Positions 15,035-28,851 of a stretch of DNA of 64,000 bases are shown piece by piece. Origin of the DNA: Eledone cirrhosa (Eukaryota). The translations under genes and the position numbers were made by a program. Within the stretch, counting starts at the first letter, position 1. The number at the start of each line of letters is the position of its first letter. The notes under the pieces were generated by a model that worked only from the letters and a program-made list of their open reading frames with translations, did no database searches and was not told the DNA's origin. The stretch is taken from contig OZ024745.1 in the NCBI GenBank assembly GCA_964016885.1, positions 124,868,001 through 124,932,000 of the forward strand. The letters are read 5' to 3'.

Positions 15035-15700
15035 TTTTTATATGAAATACGAACATGCTAGACAACAACATGACGGTAACATAGACAACATAGAAATTAG
15101 AATAATATCTAAACATAGAAATGACCCAGCAGATAGGCAAATCAGAGAGGCCAGTGAAATATAAATTAGAAGACCAAAGCTAAACAGAAAGAATGAATGG
15201 AATAACAACAACACCCAAACAAACAACACTGACCTAAGAGAAGTATAAATAAGTAAATAAATAAAATAAGATAAATAAATACATACACAAGCACAATAAC
15301 AACAAGCACATAAACACACACTAGTCACCCATCACACAGCAAACATAACACTATACACACACGCAAACGCATGCGCAAAGAAGACAAAATAAAATAAACA
15401 AACAAGCAAATAAATAAATAAATATATAGACAGACTGAATAAAAAATGGCGTAGACATACAACACAACAGGAGGAAAATATAACACCACTGACGATGTTG
15501 CAGATGTGCAACGAAAGATTTATGATAAACTATATATATGTGTTTGTGTCTATATTGTATCTGTATTATTTTTGACCGTCGGTCAGTCAATGGCAACATT
15601 GAGGACCGATTAAGTTAGATTACCGATATAAAAGACAGCGAGAAGCAAAAACCAACCAAACAGTGAGTGTGTTCTGTTATTAATTCTGGCAATATTACAC
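15035..15700 (+). mobile_element. PLE 3' relic carrying an HHR
   Basis: Encodes EHARQQHDGNIDNIEIRIISKHRNDPADRQIREASEI*IRRPKLNRKNEWN, resembling the GIY-YIG C-terminal RQIxEAxxI..LNxKxEW pattern. HHR downstream. Confidence 0.6.
15485..15526 (+). ncRNA. Minimal hammerhead ribozyme motif in PLE pLTR
   Basis: ACCA-CTGACGA-T-GTTGCA-gatg-TGCAAC-GAAA-GATT-TA-TGAT. Confidence 0.55.
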
Positions 15701-16124
15701 AAATATATATATATATATATATAAAATAAAATAAAATAAATAAGTCAAAATATTTTATTTTATTTTTTTCCTTTACCATCTTATTCCTTCTACCACTTTA
15801 TCATTTTTTTTTAGCTGACTCCAACAACAACACCACTACCAACATAAGAATAGAGGTCAGATGTACCTAACAATAACAAGAACAACAACTACAAATTGGC
15901 TTGCCTCAGAAATAATTTCTATAGACTTTCGACTGAGGAATGTTCTAACAACTGACCAATGAGAGGAGAAGAGGCCCTTTGGTGCTGAAATTCGTTTGTT
16001 TCAATTCATATGATTCCAGTTCCTCAGTGAAATAACAACCCAACCAGGAACTGGGCATATCAGAGTATTGACAAAGTTATACACCTCAACAACATGTGTA
16101 CTCGTCTCTACCGCATTAATTCGG

Positions 16125-16179
16125 ACTGCCTGAAGAGGTCACAGCCAACGATGGCTGTCACCGAAATATATATAGCAGT
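16125..16179 (+). ncRNA. Minimal type I hammerhead ribozyme (apparently intact) in element about 15722-16322
   Basis: ACTGC-CTGAAGA-GGTCACAGCCA-acga-TGGCTGTCACC-GAAA-TATATA-TA-GCAGT. Perfect stem I, AUA triplet. Confidence 0.8.
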
Positions 16180-16333
16180 AATAAACGAAGCCAAATTTTA
16201 AACATTTGACTTATTTATTTTATTTTATTTTACATTACTCCGGAGTAACAAAACCAACCTGCGCACTTCGTCGAGTGCTCCAATCTGCATATTTAGGTGT
16301 TGGTATACAACCAACATATACTAAAAAAAAAAA

Positions 16334-16373
<40 letters not shown>

Positions 16374-16468
16374 CTGTGTGTGTGCGTCTGTATAAAGTCC
16401 ATTTTGCATTGTTTAGCCTTTTATCTCTTTCAATGTTATATATTATATACAATGCTTCAAGCAAACTG

Positions 16469-16514
<46 letters not shown>

Positions 16515-16517
16515 GTG

Positions 16518-16552
<35 letters not shown>

Positions 16553-17949
16553 CTGTGTGTGCGTGTGTGTGTGTGTGTGTGTGTATTCCACTACATCATA
16601 TATCTCTATTCTGTTTAAGGGAAGTTTGTCAGGTGACATACAAAGAAAGTAAAAATTAGATAATGGTATGAGAATTTTAATATATTGCTTCAATGTTTAG
16701 AAAATGCGAGTGCATATGGTGGAACTTTCTGATTACATCCGATAGACATATCTCTTTATGTGTCGACATAAAAATTTCCAATCTAAATACATATTCGTGA
16801 AATTATTTAAATATTATATCTATTCTTTTTTGGCCGATAATTCAGAAAGATTTTATGTTGAGTTGTATACAATGTACGTTACAATGATTTTAAATATTAA
16901 TAATATAAACTATTTTTAATGGTGAAAATCAATATTTAAGATATAACCTTGTAAGCTGACTATACTGTCATAAGCAGATAATGGATAATAAATATTGTTC
17001 CATTTCTGATATGTTAAGCATATATAATATGCCAAGTTTTAATATAACATATTCTACTTTTATATAGATATTTTTAAAAGCATAAATGTTTGAATATACT
17101 TAATGGCGACAGCAATTACTGCCGTTTAAGTCACCAAAGAAGACATTTATTTTTGTTATATTTAATTTCAAAGATACGTCCGTTTAGTATTATCCACACC
17201 TCACCAGGCCCTTAAATAAAGCCAAACTTTTTTCATGTAGAATATAGGTAACGGGAAATAATTCACAAGGTCATTGCATCCCTGAAATATTTTGCTACCA
17301 GAACTATATATCATCTAAGCGTGTGGTTCATATCTTCATTAAATACTCCCCCTTCCAGCATGGAAAACAAAATAGCATATATCTAAATATAACATGGTCA
17401 TGTATAGCGAGTAATGAATGTTAATACAGAAGTTTGTGATGAATTTCTATTGCTTGCTTCATTACATTGCTATCACAGAAGCAACAATTCGGAATAGAAT
17501 TCTAACTTGCTATTTGAAGTGAATTTAACGTTTTAATTTCCTTCCGATTTCTTCTGTTTATATGAGATAGTTGCTGATATGATTTATAAGTCTATCCTTT
17601 ATGCGCGTTGTGTCAGTGTGGTTAGTCTTCAATACATTAATTGAGAAGAATCTTTGGGAATATATTACTGATAGAGTTAACCATAAATTACTAATATATC
17701 TAACCATTAATTACTGATATATCTAACCAAAGTCTAGGCATAGTTATTTATCTTCTTTTGAAAATCAAGTATTCGCTTGTATTTTTTATTATCATTCAAC
17801 CTCTTGTAATTAAGATGGAGTTTTGAAAGTAGAAAACGTTTTGTTTGATGATGTTAATTTTCGTGTACTTGATAACACACCGGTAAATTACTTTATACTA
17901 AAATGTTCCGATATAACTATAGATCATTATTTAATCAGATGTTTCCATT

Positions 17950-18735
17950 TCATTGATGCCCTGTAAATGCTGGACAATTCCATTTTTTCAACTGTCGTAG
18001 TATAACTAATAGTAATGAGTGTCTTTATTTCTTCCACTATTGTTTCCATTATTATCGGGTAGATTTTTTATAGTTGTTGATAACGCAACGTTTCATTGTA
18101 ATTCCTTTTAAGTATTACATCTACGCAACATAATAACCAATCGATGGTCATAAATGTATTGATATTTTGATTTCTGGGAACTATTATAAAACTTATACAA
18201 TGAGAAACATTTCTATTCGGATAAGAGTTACTTCAACATGATTTAATTACATTCTCAATGTAATTTCATTATTAATGTCTAGATCTCACGGATTTTGTTG
18301 TTTGTATTTACTTACTGCATGTTAAATTTTCAATTGTATTCATTTACTGCAAGTTAAATTTTCATTTCAAAAGAATTTTAGAAGATAGCAATTTCATATA
18401 AATATTTGCACACTATTGTGGCATGGTGAGATTGAATGTTTATATACGACAACCTGTTATCCGGATTCTTATATTAGGCATGGCTGTGTGACATTTCGGA
18501 CGTTTACAGGGGTCAGCTTAGCGAATATAGGGATTTTTACAACGAAAGATAGTGTGACCATATATATCGTTTGCTAACGCTAGAGCATCGGTTCTATGTA
18601 GGTCAGAGCATAGGAATGGGTTAATATCACCAAACTTGTTTAGTATGTGTAACCTAACCAAATCGCGCACGTCCACTCTATCAAACAAGCCCATGCTAAC
18701 ATCTAAATATCCGTTCGAATCAATCATTTTCACTC
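17950..18735 (-). pseudogene. Highly decayed PLE reverse-transcriptase fragment
   Basis: ORF 18518-18733 YLDVSMGLFDRVDVRDLVRLHIL...DLHRTDALAL resembles the PLE RT motifs [22 protein letters not shown]...GLYRDDGLA. Boundaries approximate. Confidence 0.5.
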
Positions 18736-18839
18736 AATGTGTACACTGACATAAAATTATATTTATGAAAGATTATACTGCACCCCTACCCTACACACAT
18801 ATATATGTATGTATGTATATATATATATTCTAGGAGAAG

Positions 18840-19190
18840 GAAAACTCTGATATAACACCTGCAACCCTGATGGTATCCAATGATGTTGACATGTTCTTCT
18901 TTTCGGTAAATATAATCTTGGTTAAGAGAATGGGACTGACTTTGTGCAGTGCACAATAAAAGCTTCACGGCACATGCATTGCTTTATATCTGGAGATCTC
19001 TCTGCACTTGTCGTCACATGGTACCATGGGCCCAGCACTGTGTCAATTATTGTCACAAGTGTAGTGTTTGTACCAGAGTTTTCAAGTCGCTGGCTGGACT
19101 AAAAAGTCACACTCGTTCAGCGCATCGGTAGGGGTTCTCCTACATGGATATAAAGTAGTGGCCGTACTCGAAAACAAGTTGGCAGCCACC
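18840..19190 (+). mobile_element. RTE-type LINE 3' fragment with terminal C2H2 finger
   Basis: HKCSVCTRVFKSLAGLKSHTRSAH matches the CxxCxRxFxSxxGLxSHxRxH ending of RTE/BovB-like ORFs. Confidence 0.5.
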
Positions 19191-19339
19191 ATATATATAT
19201 ATAGTAATAATAAATGCGAAGACTAAAATTAGAAGAGGGCTCGATAAGGATTATATATCTAAACCCGTAGAGCAAATATCTATTAAAGTTCAAGCAAAGA
19301 ATCTCTGCTTTCAACCTTAACAGGATCTTCTGTAACTAA

Positions 19340-19600
19340 TATATGTATATACTTGGTTTTTGAATTTGTTTTGCAAAATTTTCATCGGAAAATGTGTGTG
19401 AAACATATATTGTTATACTTTGGGAGGATCAGCCAGCCAATGAAGACACACGCACATGTTGGTTTTCACTTCAATTTATTATAAATTTCCGGTTGGCTGG
19501 TTGGTTCTATAACCGGATGGCTGTTTATATATTGTCAATGCTCTTTCGTGACACATTGTGTGACCTCCTCAGTGACTGGGTTTTTATTTTGTGTTACTCC
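19340..19600 (-). mobile_element. (TA)n-flanked repeat with degenerate HHR (19534-19576); second copy 62800-62970 on plus
   Basis: GTCA-CTGAGGA-GGTCACA..-GAAA-GAG..-TGAC in both copies. A further relic lies at about 4082-4118. Confidence 0.6.
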
Positions 19601-21483
19601 TATATATATATGTGAGTGTGTGTGTGTGTATGTGTGTGTGCGCGTGTGTGTGTATGTATGTGTGTGTGTGCGTGCGTGTGTGTGTGTGCGTGTGTGTGTG
19701 CGTGTGTGTGTGCGCGCGCGTGTGTGTGCGTGCGTGTGTGTGCGTGTGTGTGTGTGTTTGTGTGTGTTTGTGTGTTCATTTTATAGTGTCAGAAGCAAGC
19801 GTTTGGTTGCCTTGTACCTCACCGGAATAAGGTGTGTACAATACTCAACATTGTCGCTGTACATTCAGTACGATACTACTAAAATGGTGAATGGAATGGA
19901 GAGGCCACATGCAGATATTTTATACTCCAAAATATTTTATACCACGATTTTTCACATTCATTTCACTATTTTTGCACGTCTGAACAGGTTTGTTCCAATG
20001 CCGTCCTCTTATATCTGTTTTCTGAAATTGAGAATCCCGAGATAAACTATCCCGTTTTCTTTCCATGTTTTACTAGTTTTCCATTTTACAGATTCACTTT
20101 AAGTGCACTGCATTTTTCGAATTGTTGTAGTCCAATGTACGCATAATATCTGCGGTCGTTCCTCCTAACACTACAAATAATTCATTCTGCCTTAGTTTTA
20201 CTATCAGTACACTCCACTAATCTGTAAATTAAACCATATTTGGCACAAAGAATGGGCATTTCATTCGCATGCACTTCTTCTATTTTTAACATTACATGAA
20301 TGTACATGCCAGATTAATCCAAAATATAATTCATTTTATTAAAAACAAGTTTCTTTCTGCTTTTTTCATTAACCATTTATTAAATATGTTTAGTGAATCA
20401 AAGTAAATCTAAGTAAATAAATGAAGAAGAAAAGTAAATTGAAAATAATATATTTTCGAATATCAGGTATATGTATTGGATTTCCAAGTGTCATATCTAA
20501 TACAACAACGTCTCCATTTGAGATACATAATTCCCATTTTATTCGGTATTATTACATCCAAACACTAGTCCGATGAAAACTTTAGATCATAGAAATATAT
20601 TTGTTTTAGAATTTTACAGTCATTGCAATAAATAATAAATTAACCTAATATTACCTAAACAAACAAAAGATATTTTATCCGTTTTATTTTCTCTTCTACC
20701 ACATTTTGTCGTTATATGTTCTTAATATGAAATTTATAAAAAAAAAGCTGAAATTTACGATATAAATCTGAGATAGGAATCAGATTAAATTAAAAATAAT
20801 GCAAGAAAAAAATTATGACCATCCAGAAATGTCATAGCTACTTATAAAGCCTGATTATGGACAAAAAAGTGACAACAGCATCATTCAAAGTAAAATCACT
20901 GACAACAAAATCAATCGCAACAAAAATTGTGTCAATGTAACATTCACAACAAAAACAAAAGTCAGAACCCGAAGTTATTTCATAAAACATAACATCAATA
21001 TGAACAGCAGGAACATGTCAAAGCTGTCATCATTTATTATTGAACAAAACATATGTATTGTAGGAAGAAATAAATTGTGCATAATTAAAAAAAATATATG
21101 TGAAGACGTATTGATAAAGTCGAACTGGTAAACATAACAAACACACGCACAAATCAAAGCAATTTCGTATATAAAAGCAACAACAATAATCCCATTATCA
21201 GTGATAAAATAGAAGAATAATCTAAAAAATAATATCATTGCTTCTAAATATATAATTATAAATAATGTAATTTAGAAGACGTAATAATGAAAATTAAATA
21301 TATAATAATAACTACAATGAATATGTGAGAAATGATGGAAAAGAGAGAAACTTTAGTTTTTTTAATGTATTGGTTTGTAGGAGGAGTTTTCCGTTATGTG
21401 ACCACTGTCTCTTCAGGAATGGTCAGATTAATGACATTCTTGATTCTCTTAAAAATTGAAGTTGATGGCTGCATTAAATATAT

Positions 21484-21570
21484 GCAGTGAACCAAACTAC
21501 TTAAACAGTGGACCAAACTACTTAAACAGTGGACCAAACTACTTAAGCAGTGGACCAAACTACTTAAGCA
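21484..21570. repeat. 21-bp minisatellite, 4 copies
   Basis: CAGTGGACCAAACTACTTAA(A/G) repeated. Confidence 0.9.
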
Positions 21571-23401
21571 ACGGACGCCGTATAGTGGTTAGAAGTGGTT
21601 ATGGTGACACACTGTAACAGCTCTCTTTGCATGCAGACTAGGATGGCTCTGAAGGAAATTATCAGCAACACCGACCTAGATGCGAGAACGGTATTCTGTT
21701 GCCGATCTCACGCTAGTTTCCTAGTAGTTAAATGATTCTGAGGGTTTTCAGATATAAAGTTATCCCTGACAAGTATTAACAGTTGCCTCAAGATATATTC
21801 AGTAACGGTGAGAAATAATTTTGAAGAAGTGTAAAGATTCTAGTTATCTGCTGAACAGGGTTAGAAGATGGGGGTGCTATTGATAAATGGTTAATGATAT
21901 TGTTTATTTAGCCTTGATGGATACATGTTTGTAATGATCACAACTGAATGATGTGTCCATGCTTTTCTATTTGGCATTATGGATTTAGTTTGGGACTAGC
22001 AGATGCGTAGGCGTAGAAGCATAGAGGAAAACATGGGTTGGTATAGCCTGCATCAGAGACAGTACCGTAAGAGGTAAGATTTGGCAGCTTATATGAAAAT
22101 GTGTCACTAAGGCTCACAACCAATTAGTGCCACACATCTTGTACATTAGTAGATGTTCAAGGATCAATAGAAAGATTCGGGTAAATGGCAAAACAGAAAC
22201 AGAAACCAAACTTGAAAGAATGGAGGCCAGCGACATATTGCTCAGCGCACCACATGATACTGCGATGTAATTAGAAACTAAGGATCCAACAGACGGGGGA
22301 AATTTAAATATGAAAACTTAGCTGTAGACAATGGAAAACACATTAGTAAGTGTCATGGCCGTGTTAGTTTCAGATACCAGAAATCACTTTCGTACCTCGA
22401 GTGTTTGTACATATTCCGTGTGATTTGTAGACAGGAAAGTGGTAGATTTTACGATGTTTATGAATGAAACACATGGAATATGGGAGTAGGGGATTTTCAC
22501 AATACTTGGCCCTTACCTCCTCACCAGCCTCTGCTTTCCACTATATCTTGTACGTCAAGCTGGAACAGCCGGTGATGTGGGTTTATTTTCACTTCAGATA
22601 ATCTCAGGTTTTAGATTCCTAGATGGTAACCAGTGGCAGCCCAACCCTTCTTTTAAAACGAATATCAAGCACGCAATCAAAGAAATCTGAGACATTGAGA
22701 AACCGAGCCATATGCCATTTATAATGGCAAAACGTCATTCAATAGAATTTTACAACTACTTTCATACTGATGATCCTTTCTCCTTTCATTAGAATAACAT
22801 TATCCATCGTTATAATGATGCAAATTTGTGTCGTTAGACTTTAGTTGTTCTGTATTAAATTCAGTACTGTAAATAACTGAAAACACGAGGTAAGAAGCAT
22901 TGCATGTTTCGAATCTACAAATAATGATTATTTTACTCTTATGATGACCTCAATTTAATTCCTGAGATACATTTCTTTGGATGAAGATTACAGTTTAGAT
23001 CGGATTGAAAGAACTTCTATTCTAGCCTATTTTGAATGCGATACATTAATTTTAATCAACAATGAAATCGTTACATTTAACAATTTATTTACTATTTCTT
23101 GAAGAGAACTGTACAGAAAACTTATCATAACAGATAATATATTTAGATTCTATTCTGAATAAAAACAGTATACCAGATATCATTTTATTTTCTTGCTTCT
23201 CAAATTCCTTCGTCAACTCCAAATATGCTGGAGCTTCGGTAATGTTAGATGATTTCTCATTTGAGATATAGCATACAAATGTACGTGTGTAGATGTATAT
23301 ATATATATAAACACACATACACACATATATACGTATATAGCGTGAAATTAATAAACATTCGTTGTACTGCCTCTCTGTTTTGTTCCTGTTCAAATTTCTC
23401 C

Positions 23402-23435
<34 letters not shown>

Positions 23436-23472
23436 TGCACACAAACACACACACACACATACACGCACACAA

Positions 23473-23589
<117 letters not shown>

Positions 23590-24357
23590 AATTTGAAAGC
23601 AAGCCATGAATTTATTTACAACATGATTCAATAAATTTCACGGCATGCAAACGGACTGCAATATTTTGACATTTTAATAATCGAAGAAGATATATTCAAA
23701 CAGATCGCTTTTTAGAGCAATCAGATACACGACAAAATTTGTAATTTCTATCTCCCTACCCATGACATAAATACTCAAGAAGAAAAACGTTACAGGAAAA
23801 TAAATAATAATAAGGTTTTCTTCCGTTTGTTATCATTTAGAAACATTCAGAGGAGTCATAATATACTGAATGAAAAACGAGCTTTGATTCAGCATGTTAC
23901 AAGTGTATCACAGAAATTGTAGATGATGCCAGAAATTTTATTTGGGATTGCCATTCATTCTAATCATGCTTTTCCATATTAGGTGGTGGTCAATGCCAAC
24001 ATAAGCATTGAAGTCTCCCATTATGATATATGACTCAGTCTAAACTTCATGTTTGCTACGTCGATGTCAGCAAAGAAGGATTTGTAATCGGACTCCCAGT
24101 TTGGTTCATAGATTTGCGCCACCCACAGAGACCTTCACATTTATATATATATTCAAATACACTCTCGATTTGTATCGATCAGAGATAACACTGTTTTTTT
24201 TCATTATATATATATACATACATACATACATATATACATATATACATATATATATATCCATACTTATACATACACACCCATACACACTCATATATAAATG
24301 TATATATATATACATATATATATATATACACACATATATATATGTTATATATATATA

Positions 24358-24553
24358 TAACGAAGAAGTTGTGGTAAGGAACCAGGTGGACCATAACGCA
24401 CGAGAGTACTCAATACTTAGGGTAGTAGAGTGGGTAATAGGAAAATGTAATACCCGGCGGCAGAGCTCAAGCCGTTTCGACGACTATTTCTGGACTCTGA
24501 AACAGCCATCGAAACGGCTTGAGCTCTGCCGTCCGTGTCATACATTTTCCTAT
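24358..24553. mobile_element. Hairpin+tail element, family H1
   Basis: Tail, then palindrome GGCAGAGCTCAAGCCGTTTCGA...TCGAAACGGCTTGAGCTCTGCC. TA on both sides. Confidence 0.75.
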
Positions 24554-26071
24554 ATATATATATAAGTAGTAACACAATAGTTAGTTCACCATACCAAGAA
24601 CAATAGGTTCACCTGAGTGGATCTTCAGCTATAGATACATACACATACACACATACACACACACATAGACAATAATATGATTGCTAGTGGTGATGGTATA
24701 TGAAGGAAGACAATATAAAGTGGGTTATTATAGGTGTGGTGTGAGGGAAGGAGCTGTGGGAGAGAAAATGGGTGGATTCCTTGTCGAGTTAGATAGTATA
24801 TCCGTTCAATCTTTCTGGAAGCAAAACTGGCTTATGCGCTTTGTATGCTTCATTGAATTTGGGCAGCCTTCTGAGAGTTTGTTCAGTGTGGCATTTGTGA
24901 CATCCTTGTTAAACTATTATATATACTGGATAAATGATGAACATTTTATAGGGATACTAGGGAATGTATGGTAATGTATCTTTGTCAATCGCACGTAGTA
25001 AGCAAATTATTAAATCAGCAGTCAAATTATAAGGTCTCATTTAAATCTAAACATATAATATTTTGTAATATTAAAACGTTATCAAATACCTAAATATAAT
25101 TAATATAGTAAACACATATTTATAACATTTTACTAAAGTTATGAGAACCTCATATGCTGGTAAAAGCGATATTAGATAAATTGTAATAAAATATAAAGTA
25201 AAATATATTTGATTATCTAATGCCATCATATAAATTCGTAAGGTCTTTCGTTCCTCTACAATAAAATAATTTTGAATTCGAAAATAACAGAATCTTGCCT
25301 TTGTAACACATAAATAATAAATAAATAAATAAATAAAATACAGATTGTAGTAAAAGTTGTTGAGATGTGTTTTCCGTTACACTTCTAGTATGGAGATAAC
25401 TGTATAATGGGCAACGGTATCCTAATAATTTATTATGGGAAAGATATGGGCTTCAAGTCATTATCTCCTTTTGCTGGAATATTATCGATAGTTTAATAAA
25501 CTAACTCACACTATTATCTTCTTATTTCCTGTGTTATCGTATTGCAAATTCTATCAAGGAATTCTAATATTCTCATCAATGTCATGAACATGGCAAGATT
25601 GGTATGAATTATCTTATAATGAAGAAAACTATAATCGTGTAACAGGATAGTTAATGTGATTTTGTAGCATTTTACTCCAATAGCAATCGGTTATCCACGT
25701 GGATCACACATCTATAAATCTTTCATATACTAAGGAGATATAAAGCTCGTGTGTTTGGGTGTGTGTGTGTGCATTAACGTGAGTGAGAGAGTATGGCTTT
25801 AAAATACAAGTCGGAATATTCTTGTTTATTTTCCTCATTGCATTAATTATTTTCCGATTATTCTAATTACAATTATTTTTAGCATATTTCACATCAAATA
25901 TAACGGGTATTAGAATCATTTCTTTTACCAATTTAATTCTTTGATTAGAGCGTTTGCTCGAAAAGCAATATCACACTTGTCACATCGGTCATCACCTTAT
26001 TTGATTTTACATTCATGTAGATCAATCGCAATAATTTTCCTCCATAGATTATTTAATTATTAACAAACCTA

Positions 26072-27302
26072 CAGGGGTTGGACAAACTAATGGAAACACA
26101 TAGCATCATAGCATCATAATTTTGAAATATCTATAAAACCGTCAAAAGCTTGTTTATTTTTATGTTTTTTTTTATTTATTATTAGTGTTGCTTAATATGT
26201 TTTGCTGTTTCTTTTCAGATATCATCAGAAAAAGGTAATTAAAATTCATTAAAATGATAGATCTATCGGACTTTCAAAAAGGTCAAATTGTATGGCAGGC
26301 GCTAGCGTAACTAAAACAGCCGAAATGTTTGGTGTATCAAGAAGTACTGTCTCGAAAGTAATGACAGCCTTTGAGAAAGAGGGAAAACCAAAACCAAAAC
26401 TTTTTAGGTAGAGACCGTCGGACTCTTACGCAAATTGTTAGAAAGGATCACAAAAGTAAAGCTCCTAAAATTAGTGCAGAGCTTAATGACCACATCGAGA
26501 ACCCAATTTCCACAAAAACTGTTCGCCGGGAGCTGCACAAAGCTGGATTTCACGGGAGGGCTACAATCAGAAAACCGCTACTTTCAAAAACAAACGTTGC
26601 AAAGCGTTTAGAGTGGAGTAACAACCTAGGAGAATTGGTCCCTAGAGCAGTGGTAGAATGTTATTTTCTCGAACGAGTCAACCTTTACCTTATTTCCGAC
26701 CACCGGCGGAGCATAAGTGTGGGGACAGCCAAAAGAACCATTTGATCCAGACTGCCTTTTTCCAACTGTTAAACATGGAGGAGGATCTGTGAGGATCTGG
26801 GGGCTATATCTTGGAAATCCGCCAGCCCAATGGTTTTCCTTCGTGGCCGAATTAATAGTCAAGACTATTTAAGCATTTTATCTGATCAAATTCATCCTAT
26901 GGTTGCGGAACTGTTTCCGGGGGAAAACGTAATCTTTCAGGATGTTAATGCACCAAATTCAAACAGCTAAAGTTGTTACTGAATGGCACGAGGAACATTC
27001 TAATGAAGTTGAACATCTTATCTGGCCACCACAGTCCCCAGATCTCAATATTATTGAACATTTATGGTGCATTTTAGAAAAACAAGTAAGGAGTCGATAT
27101 ACTCCACCATCATCATTACAAGAACTGGAGACTGTTTTACCTGAAGAATGGACAAACATTCCTTTGGAAACAATTCAAACTTTGTACGAGTCCATACCTC
27201 GTAGAATTCAAGGTGTGATTACTGCCAAAGGCGGTCCTACTCCATATTAAAATAAATTTGTTTGAAATTTTAAGGTGTTTCCATTATTTTGTCCAACCCC
27301 TG
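26072..27302 (+). mobile_element. Tc1/mariner DNA transposon, full length (1231 bp), transposase frameshifted
   Basis: 28-bp TIRs CAGGGGTTGGACAAA(C/A)TAATGGAAACAC with one mismatch and TA target duplication. Peptides ISTKTVRRELHKAGFHGRATIRKPLLS, FSNES, TVKHGGGS, FQDVNAP and WPPQSPDLNIIEHLW are split over several frames. Confidence 0.95.
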
Positions 27303-27880
27303 TATTTCAACCAGAGTGCGATGATTTTTTAATCTAATTATATACACACACATATATATATAAGTTTATATATATATATATATATCTTTGGTTTGCTTTT
27401 ATCCTTCTATGTTGTTTACTTGTCCCCCTCGCTTTACGCGATTTACTGGTCCCAATAACTTTTTTTAGTTATTGCTCGCACCAACCTTAGGTATATGATT
27501 TTTAAGGCGATGAAATATCAATGATGGTTGGAAAATCACTGACGAAGGACTATTTTTATCATATGTAACCCATGTGCAAGAACGCAGTATTCTTCTTTCT
27601 TCTCATGTTTTTTATATATATATATATATTTACAATAAAAGAGAAAACACAGGTATGCATTAAAAAAAGATTTTATCCAGGTATTTACGACCGTTTCATT
27701 GGTAAGCGCAACCTTATACCGCTATACTGCAAATAGCAGCCACACGATAATAACTGTTTTTAATGGTGGAATACTTCACTATAATCACGCCCCCCCCCCA
27801 CACACTACACACATATATATGTTTAATAATACAAGGACGATTTGCTAAGATTACAATAAGGAATTTTCTGCTTTCCTAAC

Positions 27881-27915
<35 letters not shown>

Positions 27916-27931
27916 ATGTGTGTGTGTGTAA

Positions 27932-27971
<40 letters not shown>

Positions 27972-27981
<10 letters not shown>

Positions 27982-28650
27982 CGTAAAATAAGAAAATTAT
28001 AAAATTAACTTACTTACTAAAATTTCACTCCCAACTAATTAGTTTCTGAAATGGAATAAATATACTTTCCGAAGAAAATATAGAGAATCATTTCGTCGTC
28101 AGGGAAGTCTATTCTCAGCTAAGTATCCAGGCAAAGCGTGGACTCTGGAAACTTATACAAAAATAATTTACTAGATATATTAATTCTTTATAATTATCTC
28201 CAAATTATTTGTCGAGCAATATTGGCCAAGACTGCTGCTATGGTAGCAGGCAGGCCGCTGTCTTCTTAACAAACCACTTTCCACTGATTGACCTCGATGT
28301 CACGTGATTAATTCTTTTTGAATTTGCCACCGACGCAGTAAGCAGTGATTTTCTCAATGGCTAGGAATTCAGTCCACGCTTTGCTATTTTCTATCCACTG
28401 AATTATTTTTGTATAAGTTTCCAGAGTCCACGCTTTGCCTGGATACTTAGCTGAGAATAGACTTCTCTGACGACGAAATGATTCTCTATTTTTTCTTCGG
28501 AAAGTATATTTATTCCATTTCAGAAACTAATTAGTTGGGAGTGAAATCTTAGTAAGTAAGTTAATTTTATAATTTTCTTATTTTACGTCTCTCATATTAT
28601 TGTTCTGCAACCCCATGCATTGAACCACAAAGTTACTAAGACAAAACCTA
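27972..28650. mobile_element. Inverted-repeat element (about 197-bp arms, 232-bp spacer) with HHR in each arm; PLE pLTR-like
   Basis: Arms 27972-28168 and 28401-28597 differ at about 3 sites. The right arm continues as a tail to TA. Confidence 0.8.
28461..28542 (+). ncRNA. Type I hammerhead ribozyme motif (GUU triplet); mirror copy 28027-28108 on minus
   Basis: ACTTCT-CTGACGA-C-GAAATG...CATTTC-A-GAAA-CTAATTAG-TT-GGGAGT. Confidence 0.6.
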
Positions 28651-28713
28651 TATATTTGCTAGCATTGATATGCATCTGTATGTATATATATGTTACTAGA
28701 TATATTAATTCTT

Positions 28714-28746
<33 letters not shown>

Positions 28747-28851
28747 TATTTCCAGGGAGTGAACGTGAGGTTACGGTAGGTTCACCCAGGAGAGCACATG
28801 ATGTTTAGGTTCACGTCAGTGGCGAGGTGTAGAGCTAGACAGAGTGTAATA

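Noticed and set aside
18949-19131. Host C2H2 zinc-finger gene
   Set aside because: A single finger without TGEKP linkers, followed by a short UTR and TA; fits the end of an RTE LINE better.
21375-21430. Additional HHR-like cores (also about 27540, 27690, 31148, 33660)
   Set aside because: Only one core half is present or there are no convincing stems.
21484-21570. 21-bp direct repeats as CRISPR repeats or iterons
   Set aside because: Head-to-tail with no spacers; an ordinary minisatellite.
23175-23265. Possible minus-strand exon EKSSNITEAPAYLELTKEFEKQENKMIS
   Set aside because: Weak acceptor site, no recognisable homology and no neighbouring exons.
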